Below are positions 1 to 10,400 of a DNA stretch of 64,000 bases, one piece after another. This stretch comes from Phoronis australis. Its lineage: Eukaryota > Animalia > Phoronida. The stretch covers positions 485,883 to 549,882 of the forward strand of contig NMRA01000059.1 in the NCBI GenBank assembly GCA_002633005.1, written 5' to 3'. Both the position numbers and the translations under genes were made by a program. The notes beneath the pieces were generated by a model. It was not told where the DNA came from. It saw nothing but the letters and a program-made list of their open reading frames with translations, and did no database searches. How positions within the stretch are numbered: the first letter of the stretch is position 1; the number at the start of each line of letters is the position of its first letter.

Positions 1-695
1 GAGACCGGCAAGTGCTGAATAAAACACGCTCTGGTTTAGGTCTACTGCTTGTGCAAATTTCTTTAGACACATCTAGCTAGTTAGATTGCGTGGCTCTGAC
101 CGAAAGACGGTCTCTGCTTTGGCAAATGAACTCTGGTGACACGCACGCGCTCGCTTACTCGCTGACGAACTTCAAAACAAACGTCACGTGACAACAACAT
201 GTGTGTTCGTCCAGACATTTTTCTCGCCGTGTTGCCGATCATACATGTAGATGGTACGATGTTGCACAGATTTATACTTAAACCTGCCGTTAATCCAGAC
301 TCCACGGGAACTTAAAAACCTTAGAGACGCTGCTTATATAATTGAATGAGGATTTCAGGTACTTTATCAAAACCATTTTTATTCAAGCATTGAAGTCGCC
401 ATATTGAAGACAGCGATTTTGAAGCAGTCAGTTGGCGAGTTTTCGCCCTGGGATTTCAGCACAATTTTCTGTAAAATGATCGTAATTTAGCAGCAAAGTT
501 TGATAGCAATGCACCACAGTTTTGTTGAAAGTCTTTCATAGATTACATGCGTCACAGAGCGTAAATTTGATGAATCTTAGCTTCCGATTTCACCCGTTTC
601 GGAGACCGATTTTCAACCGCCTTGGGTTATAATAAGCGCCCCCCTGAACCGAACTTTTCTAAGCGCCCTGGGCGGTTATTACGGCGAATACGGTA
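1..695. mobile_element. Probable terminus of a non-autonomous Tc1/mariner (pogo-like) DNA transposon in a PRCP intron
   Basis: CpG-rich segment ending ...GGCGGTTATTACGGCGAATACGG|TA (reverse: TA|CCGTATTCGCCGTAATAACCGCCC), resembling pogo-like MITE ends with a TA target. The other end is outside the window, so the TIR pair cannot be confirmed. Confidence 0.4.
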
Positions 696-2052
696 TTCAA
701 GTTAGGAATGGGTGACCTGGCAGGGTATTGCACAATAAGTAAAAATCTTGTAAAAACTTTTTCTTTCAAAGCTTGCCAATATTTCTAAAAAACGGTACCA
801 TAAACTGATTATCACAAACGAGCTTGAAACGAGGCTCTGAAATGGTCACGATTATACTAACCCCAATGAGGTACTCACCCAGCTACGATATGAGGGTACT
901 TCATTCTGAACCAAGCAGAGAGCATGCCACCGTAGGAACCTCCAAATGAGATGACGGGACTGTTTGCAGCACCTAGTAGAAGGCCCATCATTATTAACTT
1001 TCAGCAATCTTTTGGAAGGTAAGACTTTCTTTATTTGGGCCGTCACGATTGCACGGCAATAGAAATCTCCTTTGTCCCGCGGATAAGAAAGCATGTGACC
1101 TAGTTTTGGAAATCAGGCACATTTTTGTGTCTCTCGTTGATGTTGCGAAGACCAAGAATTTTCAAATCACACATCCACAGGGATTTCCCCAGTTTATTGA
1201 TCTTTCTCACATGGCAGTTGCAGTCCATGGTACAGCAGTAATATTTTGTTAGCATTGGAGACGAATTGAGTAATGCAACCGAGAAAACCTCGAAAAGAAT
1301 CAGACAACAACAAATAACATGTGAGACCCTAGTGGCATGAAAATGAGGCAGCAAATGTTCCTGACGGATGTTTACAGTGTTGTGGGTAAATACAGCCAGA
1401 TTCGAAAGTCGCTGTCTAATCCAAGATGGGCGTATTAGCACAGATCTATGAAAAGAACTTTGTATGAATTCACCATGAAAAATGACATAAGTCACAAATT
1501 CGGTCTTGTGCTCCAAGTTCACAATTACTGAATAATGATTTAACAATTTTACTATCAGCACATCACAGTCTTGAAATAATTCATACAAATAGTGTGAGTA
1601 ACTTGAACTTAAGGTATATTCTCAGAGATTTTGTACTTTTTCTTAAGTGATATTTAATTACTTTTTAGAAATATGAAACACGAATCTGAATAGTTACCAA
1701 GTAATGCAGTAGGGAATTTTGAATTCCAGACAGTGTCAAGACAAAACTCAACATAAGAACCATCAACAGACCTCAGAAAGGACATCTTACATTGGCCAAA
1801 GCAACATTGACACTTAGCCACTTTGGCAAAACCTCAACAGTTCTTTTGCAAGTAAACTCAAAGTTATCTTGGGAAGAACAATGAAAGACTGATAAGAGAA
1901 CAGCAAAGCACCTACTACAAAAATTTGGATTATAATTGTACATATTTGGGATAGGATATACAAAATAATTTTTTTTAAAACACCGTTAGGATTCACGCAA
2001 TTTTTTGTTGACATATTAAATTCTAATTCATCAAAACCACTAAAAACTTTAC

Positions 2053-2140
2053 CCTTGACAGTTTTCTTTATGAAAAGAAGTAGCTCGGCAAAGTCAGCCA
2101 GGGCTTGCTCTGCAGTCAAGTATCCTGTGTATTGGGGAGC
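2053..2140 (-). CDS. PRCP: PRCP coding exon 4
   Basis: APQYTGYLTAEQALADFAELLLFIKKTVK; cag/gtaaag; 88 nt. Confidence 0.9.
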
Positions 2141-5100
2141 CTGAAAAAGACCCATTATTGAAACTGAGTGCCTTTCAGCAAGACACCCAACAAAATTAAC
2201 AACAAAGAGAATATCTTGAAGCGCAATGCAAGAACTTCAGCTAGCATACTTCCATAACATCAAAACTTATTTCCCGAAAAGCTTTGAAGCACTAAGTCAT
2301 CATGTGACACAATAAGCTTACTTGAAGCAATGAGCTCGCCAATGTCCCAAATGTCATAAAATTCGCATTAGGATAAACAGTAACTCAGTGTTCTCCACAT
2401 TGTAAATTCCAAATATTTAGTAGCAGTAGTTAACATTGTGTCATTTCTAATCATTAAGTACTACTAACATGAGTTCTGATGTGACTTAGTTTTTAGTGAC
2501 ACCTGTTGTCAAGTTGAATAAGCTCATAAAAGCTCTAACTTGCCACTAGATGTCAGTCAAAATCAAAATTGTCTTCATTAAGCCAATTAAATTGTTTCTT
2601 TACAGATTGACTTGCAAAATTTTAAAGTTAGAATGACAAAGTAAATTAGTCATTTGATTAAGCAAGCTAGATGACTCCATGCAATTTTTGTTATTTGAAG
2701 ATTTTTGCGGATTTTATTAATGATAATTTAAACTCTTTTTGTAGTGTCATACAAAGTTATACATATAGTGTTGACTGCCTCTAACATTCTGTAATGGGCT
2801 TGATGTTGGTTGATCAGGCCCTGCTTTAATGTCGAGGGCTGAAATGCCAAGCCAGGCCAAAAGTTCAAACCTGACGCAGCACTACTTTTCAAACTTGCGC
2901 ACCAAACTTGTTACAGCGTGAGTTGAAACAGGTCGTGGAGAACACTGTAACTAAGCGGCCAGCAAATGAAAATGAAATTTTTCCAGAGTAACAAGCAGCT
3001 AACTTGTCCATATAGCAACTGACATCCCAGTTCTCCACTAGTCAGGTGGACGTTTCACAATTTTTTTTATAAGGCCACACAGGGGCTCATCCAGATTTCA
3101 ATAACAGGGAATAAAAATTGAGTTTTGCAATATCTCAGGGTGCCCATGACCAATGATGTGTTAATGCATTTATATGAGCCTCAGCCAAATTGCCGATGTA
3201 GTATGTTACCAAAGAGACATGGGTCTGCAATCATATCTTAACTAACTTGTTTATTCTGGACAAGCAAGAGCTGCTCTTAGCGAGTTCAGAGATGCCAATC
3301 CTTGCCTAACTACATTTTAAAGCATTCAAATGCTGAATAAGGTTTCCTAGCTAGGGGTAGGGTGACTAAATTTTATTGATGGTGTATATTTTAGCCATCA
3401 CCCATTCTGAGGAACAAGTTCCATCACATGCCACCATACACAGAATACCGATCCTTTGTGCCGTCCACGACCAGTTCTTGTAACTCCATTGAAGTTACCA
3501 AACACAATTCAGAAAGGTTTACCATGCAGTCCATTCCCAACCTCTGGATCAAAGCCTGTGAACAACCTGACTTTGGAAAGAAAATGGGTGCCAGATAGTT
3601 CCAAACTTCTACGCACCTTATAAGAATCGTTTCCATATGGCATAGACACTCCGTAGTACCTGTGCTCGGCAAACACAAGCATGGCTTTGAACTGTGGCGC
3701 CCACTCCCACATGATTCCCTGAAAGTGAAGATGTAGTTACTGCTTCATTGGCAGAACACAGGTCTATAACTGCTTCCATTCGCAAACCATCGCAAATCAA
3801 ACTGTGGTTTCACATTCCATGCGTTTTCAGCATAATTTTCAATGTTCGTGATTTTTCCCATGACATGCAAAGCACACCCAAAGATAATGCGTAGCAATAC
3901 CTTTGGGCAAAGTGACTACGTGAAGTCGTAACAAACGACTTGCATATACCAAAATTAGAACTTTTTATAAATGTTATGCAATAAAGTTGTCTAGCATTTT
4001 ATACCTTTATCATTTCCCACAACTTTTCTGTTCATAGAAACTGTCTTGTCATGATATCATCCAGCTTTAAATACAAATGAGACTGCGTGAAGACAAAAGC
4101 ACAGAAATTCAGAGAAGAGCAAACTGAGTGAATAAGCTACTCTCATTACAAGGTGTTAAGATAAATACACATACCGTGTTGTTGCAGAATAGAGTTATGT
4201 CCCCTTCATTTCCTGTGTAGAAAAAGATCGGTCCTCCATCTGTGTCCCAGAATTGATCAGCCATTAAATAGCGCATTTTGTACACATCATTGTTGGCAAA
4301 TCCAAAATGGTCAACCTGAAAGATTTGAAGTACTGGTAAGTTGAAGGCTCAGTTACAGTGAAACAATTTATCAACAGTAACATCAATGAATATACATGTA
4401 TTTCATAGGCCACTGACTTTTGAAATCATAAATTTAGAACTTTACAATGATACTCACGGTCAATAAATACATAAATGTACGCATGTGCTACACACAAATA
4501 ACACAATTACGCAATTACACCTCTTGCAACAAATGTTTTCTTACTTTTATTGCCATTAAATTTGCCACCTAATATAAGACTAGGGTTTCATTTGATCTCA
4601 GAACAGTGTATGTCTGTTCAGAACTACTGATAGTTTATGTATTGATTACCATAGGATGACTATCTGTACATCATAATTCTCTAATTACACGAATCATTGT
4701 ATTTAAAATTCTGGTATGTTTGGTACGTGAAAATGTGGGTGACTGAAGGGTATCACTCAGTGCAACTCAATGTGTTTGACACTGGCCACTCAGTGCAACT
4801 CAAGGTGTGTGATACTGTGGCCACTCAGTGCAACTCAAGGTGTGATACTGTGGCCACTCAGTGTCGCTCAAGGTGTGATACTGTGGCCACTCAGTGTCGC
4901 TCAAGGTGTGATACTGTGGCCACTCAGTGCTGCTCAAGGTGTGTGATACTGTGGCCACTCAGTGCTGCTCAAGGTGTGTGATACTGTGGCCACTCAGTGT
5001 CGCTCAAGGTGTTAGATACTATGGCTACTGAGGAAAGTGCAACAACACGGTGCTCAAGGCGTCTTTGGCTGTTCTTAAATACTGTTGCGTCCACATAAAC

Positions 5101-6912
5101 ACATCCAGATATCCTTCTAGCTTTGCATGCTTTGTTCCACACATCGCCTTGAACTTGAGTTTTGCATTCTTACAAAAACACTGCACCTGATTGGTGCGGC
5201 TACCTGTGATCAGATCAACAAAGTTCTGATTGTGGTTGATGGTCAGATGTTGATGGCGGATTGACAGGAAGGTTCACTATGGTATTGTAAGACACCCACT
5301 AACATTCTGAATGCACAACAGACACTGGTGCTATGTAATGCTGTCTGATTAGAAGCAGTGTCTGTGCCGACCAATCGGGAACAAATTCTAAAAATCCGAA
5401 CCGCTGGGCTGGGCAGTAGCCACCAACCACCCACTGCGTGGGTACAGTGTGACCGACGTTATTCTTTCTACGCCCCATCAAGAACTCGTCCATTTCTACC
5501 ACAACGACAGGATTGCTGGCCTTTCTTGGATTCGCATCCAGGTGGTTAATGCACGTTCCGAAGATACTGATTCCATTACATCATGGTAGTTCAATCTATA
5601 TCAAGCATCTCCACCCCAAAGTGGACTGGGAGTGAATACGACCATGTCCAACACAGACGCACCAGCTGGTACAACTTTTAACGTGAATCTCCAACATGGT
5701 GCAAAAGTACTGGAAGGAGGTCGACACAAGCAAAATTGGCCTTGCAAACTTGAGTGCAGATGGCTTTAATTCCCAAGTTCAAGCACAATAGTCCTTTAGT
5801 GCCTGGGGATTTTAACCACAGAGAGGTCAGTTGAATGAGTCGAGTCGGCCATTTGACACTATTTTATGCAAGCACGGCAAAAGATTCACAGTCCAGTCCA
5901 GTGTGTCCGACTTTGACAACAATCATGCCAACTAAGATATTCATCGAATACCTAATATGCCTATGGTCTAATGATTATGCTTTGTCACTCAAACGACCCA
6001 ATGTATCATATTACACAAAGATCCTATAGCAAGACCAACTAACAAAATACACAAGTTAGCAGACAGTGATCACCGTCTTTAGCTGGCCCAGTAATGAGTA
6101 GAGACGGTGAAGCTCCTATAAGAGCTTCATACTCTGGGTGCTTTTAGGCGAATTATGCCTCACACTGATTTCAAAAAAGTCATGTTGTTCCCAAAATTGG
6201 AAACTGACCATTTTTAACACTGAGCATTGCAGGTAGTACGTCATATCCCCTGGCATGCATAGTGTAAAAATGGCCACTTACTGATTTTGGGAACTGAACA
6301 AGGGACTACTCCAAATAAAGTTTGATAAAGGGAGTATTTCTTCAAGTTGGAAGGAATTTACATCGATGGCTCCTAAGGACTGTCTCTCTGACGTACAAAA
6401 AGTATTTATACATGGGTGGCACACTGTAGGGGGTGGAGAGGACTACAGACCCCCCCCCCTTTTTCAGAGCTGCGCCTCCCATGATCTAATGGTGGTGCAC
6501 CACAGGGGGCTGGCTATAGCCCACTTTTTTCAATGCTGCGCCGCCCATGTTATACTGACAAGGCGATTTTGATGTTTTAGTCTGTGTGAGGCATAATTTG
6601 CCGAAAAGCTTGAGGCGTATGAAACTCCTACATGGGCAGCACACCAAAGCGCCATAGGCACAGGGGCTGGCTTGTTTTTAGTGCTGCGCTGTCCATCCAT
6701 TGTCTGTTAGTCAGGCCAGTCAGGGGGATTGTAATTGCCCAACGAGTTAGTTGTTGAGTTATACCCACTATCCAGTTTACCTGTGTAGTAAAGTAATAAG
6801 TTTTGTAGTTGTAACCCGACGGCTGATATTTCGTTCCGAACACTTCAGTTTTCAATAGCGATGCGTCTGCAAACCAAAGAAAGCTCAAAGACACTAGTAT
6901 TAGGACAACCAT
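2053..6912 (-). CDS. PRCP: Lysosomal Pro-X carboxypeptidase (peptidase S28), 5' part; exons 6781-6912, 4175-4315, 3617-3718, 2053-2140
   Basis: Spliced peptide has a signal peptide then YKTYYFTTQ/VDHFGF...GGPIFFYTGNEGDI...NNT/GIMWEWAP...LVFAEHRYYGVSMPYG/...GYLTAEQALADFAELL. All introns are GT-AG with consistent phases. The catalytic GGSYGG exon is not in the window; the paralog DPP7 is less similar but not formally excluded. Confidence 0.9.
3617..3718 (-). CDS. PRCP: PRCP coding exon 3
   Basis: GIMWEWAPQFKAMLVFAEHRYYGVSMPYGNDSYK; cag/gtgcgt; 102 nt. Confidence 0.92.
4175..4315 (-). CDS. PRCP: PRCP coding exon 2
   Basis: VDHFGFANNDVYKMRYLMADQFWDTDGGPIFFYTGNEGDITLFCNNT; cag/gtatgt; 141 nt. 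Confidence 0.92.
4750..5010. repeat. Minisatellite, ~33-35 bp unit, ~7 copies
   Basis: GTGTGATACTGTGGCCACTCAGTGTCGCTCAAG tandem units. Confidence 0.9.
5045..5760 (-). mobile_element. Decayed Merlin (IS1595/ISXO2-like DDE) transposase pseudogene in PRCP intron 1
   Basis: Across stops and frameshifts it reads LVRLCWTW...WNQYLRNV, VVEMDEFLMGRRKNNVGH...QWVVGGYC...GFLEFVPDWSAQTL...YIAPVSVVHSE, HLTINHNQNFVDLITGSRTNQVQCF...LEGYLDVFMW. These match the ISXO2/Merlin motifs VEIDE, WVFGG, HSD, VNH...FVD...HTN.IE and YLDEF.W in order. Confidence 0.85.
6112..6640. mobile_element. MITE-like foldback element with a nested internal palindrome
   Basis: GCTTTTAGGCGAATTATGCCTCACAC (6140) pairs with GTGTGAGGCATAATTTGCCGAAAAGC (to 6609); a second inverted pair spans ~6187-6295. 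Outer limits are approximate. Confidence 0.65.
6781..6912 (-). CDS. PRCP: PRCP coding exon 1 (signal peptide)
   Basis: MVVLILVSLSFLWFADASLLKTEVFGTKYQPSGYNYKTYYFTTQ; donor gtaaac. Confidence 0.85.
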
Positions 6913-7290
6913 CCCGCTCTGTCAGAATAATCCCACTTCACTTAATCACTTTCACATGCACAACACGAGCGGTGGACCGTACTTTTAATGGAGGGCAGCG
7001 TGGGAAATATTATGACGGAGATTACTTTGTTTTTCAGCGTTATTAACCATATGAATTATTCAAATAGTGTCGATTCACGTGTTTTGAAGTATGACGACGA
7101 CACCTTAACACGCTATTTTTCAAAAGATAGCTACACTTCATCGATATTTATGTTTTCAGGAATCTTCCTGGTGTTATCCATAACATTATAGGACCATGCC
7201 AAATTTCAGCGCCCTCATACGAAAATAACTAGGTAAACGATAATTCACGAGATCCCACATCATTGAGCAGCCGGTGTTTTGTTTCACAAA
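6913..7290. promoter_or_regulatory. Putative bidirectional promoter and 5' UTRs of PRCP and SPCS3
   Basis: Only 378 bp separate the divergent ATGs; CACGTG E-box at ~7076 and a loose ZNF143/Staf-like TTCCCACGCTGCCCTC on the - strand at ~6991-7006. Confidence 0.65.
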
Positions 7291-7433
7291 ATGAACACAT
7301 TTTTGTCTAGGGCAAATACAATATTTGCCTTTACGCTTAGTGTAATGGCAGCATTGACGTTTGGCTGTTTTCTCACTACGGCGTTCAATACTCATAAAAC
7401 AGGCGTTTCCCTGGGAACTACAAAAGTGATAGT
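7291..7433 (+). CDS. SPCS3: SPCS3 exon 1
   Basis: caaaATG start; [47 protein letters not shown]; donor gtaagt. Confidence 0.95.
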
Positions 7434-10400
7434 GTAAGTTGACTACACGGTCGGTGTGCGGCCTATCAGCCGAATCGAGGCTACGTGTTGCCTGGATCTG
7501 TGCGCGTTACTCGTTACTGAAGTTTACAGCTGTAGGGTTAGACAGTGTAACTAGTAGAATGTCATTGCTGTACTAGCCGAGATTATCGGACTGGGGTCTT
7601 GAACCAGTGACCCTGTTAAACTTCGTAGTCGAATACAATGGACCCTGATTTAGAGAATCGGGCAATCGCTGAATTACGACCTTGTTATTAATGTTATTTA
7701 GTGGATGAAACTGATTCTCTAAATCGGCCCATTGTATCTCACTAGTGCTGGCAGTTGCTATTACTATGACGTTAGGCGTTAGCGAGTGGCTAACAGAGGC
7801 TCATATGATTCACCGGAAGTACGTCAGCTGAACAGGCACACCAGTAGGAAGGTGAACAACAGATTGTCTCGCACAGTTCATCAAATTCCTTTGCACCTTG
7901 GAACCTTTACCACCACAACACAGGTGGACACAAGGTTGTCACTCATACTGTCTTACAGGTCTTCGTCTCTGGAACATTTACCATCCCCATACCATACATG
8001 TGCGCCGTTCAAGGTCCGCGGGTACTAGTTGGCAGTGCTTCTGCATAGCATCTGTTTGTCAACTACGCCAGTTGTAGTAATGTCAGTAATGATAATAACC
8101 AACCGAACCGGGAATCGAACCAGCCACCCTGATTAAACCTGTCAAGCATGCTAACCATTCAGCTAATAGGCGAGTGCTCGTTAGAAAATGGCTAACAGAG
8201 GCTCCTATGATTCACCGAAAGCATGTCTACAACACCTGGTATCAATTGTTTGCAGTAATTAACCTTTTGAGATGCCTTTTCTTTGTGATGTCTGTATGTG
8301 GACAGCCCGGCAGTAGCCAATATGGCCATGCCCATGCCTTATGTGGACAGCCCAGCAGTAGCCAATATGGCCGTGCCCATGCCTTATGTGGACAACCCGG
8401 CAGTAGCCAATATGGCCATGCCCATGCCTTGTGCAAGCCATGAATTAAGGCAAAGGCAGCAGTAATCTCAATCTTCAAGCTCGGTGGAGTTCAGTAGTGC
8501 AGTTTTCTCTCGTGTTTGGTAAGGTCATGTGAGTGAAACGCGCATTTCCGAGTAAGTTTTGAGTGTTACGTATGCCAACAAAATGGCAGTCACAGAAATG
8601 ATTAGTTGGCAAGGCTCCGTGGAATGTTGGTCAATTACAATGTTTCATGTCAAATATGTTTCACAGCAATTGTCTCATGAGTGTCTTGAATTTCTCGAGC
8701 TTGCCGTTAGAATAAATCAAGTCAGCTGTGGTGAGTCATTCGGTCGAGGCTTTATCAGTTATGTAAAGGAATGCTTTTCTACTGCTTTTGGGTATCAAAC
8801 CTGGGCTACTGGCATAAGAGTCGCGTATCTAAACCATTCAACCAAGAAGCAATTGCCAGTTGGCAAGTGATTTAGAGAGGCTTGATACGACTCTTGGCCA
8901 CATTATTTAATTCTTGATTCATAACATTATATTGTCATGATGGACTGTCTGGAGTTGGCACCGGACAACTCTGGAGGGTCAGAAAACCACTCAATTGTGC
9001 GTGTGCGTGTATGTGCATTTTACCTTGAAATGGTTTGAATTAGTTACCAGCAGTTTGCTTGGTTGCGCCATTTTTAAGTCATGCATCCTCTGTAAATAGA
9101 ATGGTCCTGGATAGAAAGCTCCCTTCTGGAGGTAGGACGACGCATTTTTAATATTTTCATTTTAGAATTAACAGGCTTATTCTAGGAATTGTGTCAGAAA
9201 GTGTCGCATTCACGGATATTTCTCAAGTTTATTCAACTTTCTGATTCGGAGTTGCTGGCCACAGTATGACACACCATTGGAAAGTCAAATGCAGTCAAGG
9301 AAAAATTGAAAAATGGAAGTCGACATGAAATAACAAGAGAATCTGCAATGTCAGTAAAGTGAGGCTGGAGAGCTTGATGGATGTTGTAGCTTTATCTGCA
9401 AATACAGGAAGATTCAAATGTTGTGTAATCTGGGACTGGCATATTGTAGCAGCTTGTTGTCACTACCTCGGAACTCACTGACTGGGACTGGCATATTGTA
9501 GCAGCTTGTTGTCACTACCTCGGAACTCACTGACTAGGACTGGCATATTGTAGCAGTTTGTTGTCACTACCTCACAACTCACTGACTGGGACTGGCATAT
9601 TGTAGCAGCTTGTTGTCACTACCTCACAACTCACTGACTGGGACAACTGAATGGAACTAATTTGCATGTAATTTGCATGTGACTTGGACACCATGCCATG
9701 TAGCAACAATGTCAGCTTTGCAGTGGAACATGCATTGAAATTTGAAGCACAGATTTTGTATATTTGTTATTCCCGAAAGGTATTAGGTCAAAGTTGCACT
9801 CACTGTTATGAATGGCATATTTCCTGCTGGGGACTGTTTTTCTAAAGTGTAACTTAAGGTCATTTTTACGACTGGTGATCAAGCTCTGTTTAAACCATGA
9901 GTAAAAATGTCATCGAGTTATTTTACTTCAGTGAAACAGGCTCCATATGATATTGTTTGTCGGGTTTACTTTTGCATACCCAACACTTGCGTTAAAGTGT
10001 TGTTGACTTTTGGTTTTCCTGTTTCAGAAAAAATGTTCCAGATTATAGTACGTCACGGGAGAAGAACGATTTAGGATTCATCACATTTGATCTTCAAACA
10101 GATATCCTTTTGTTGTAGTTTCAAATATTCTGAGTCAAGGGTATAGTCTAGATCAGTAGTATTAATGCGAGCTGTGATTATATTTTAAAATCATTGGTCC
10201 GGTTTTTTACTGAAAATGAATAGTAGAATAGATGAATCAAAAGGCTTTTAAATATCTTTTGGAAGTTTCACAAGGTTTTGTAGACCATTTCCTTGGAGGC
10301 TTCATAATTTAATTATATTTTTTGTTGCAAATTTCATTGTTATACAAAACTTTAATAATGCATTCTGTGAAAAGAATGCTTTAAAACACCCATTAGTAAA

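Noticed and set aside
1100-1588. 162-aa ORF, the longest in the track
   Set aside because: Non-ATG start, no recognisable motif, lies within a PRCP intron
3424-3460. YGGM peptide resembling the PRCP catalytic GGSYGGM motif
   Set aside because: Lacks GGS, lies before exon 4 (wrong order) and runs into a stop
8097-8172. Possible tRNA gene
   Set aside because: A and B boxes are present but there is no convincing acceptor or anticodon stem; treated as a SINE head
9430-9643. CRISPR-like appearance of this and other arrays
   Set aside because: Head-to-tail units without unique spacers, no cas genes, eukaryotic intron context
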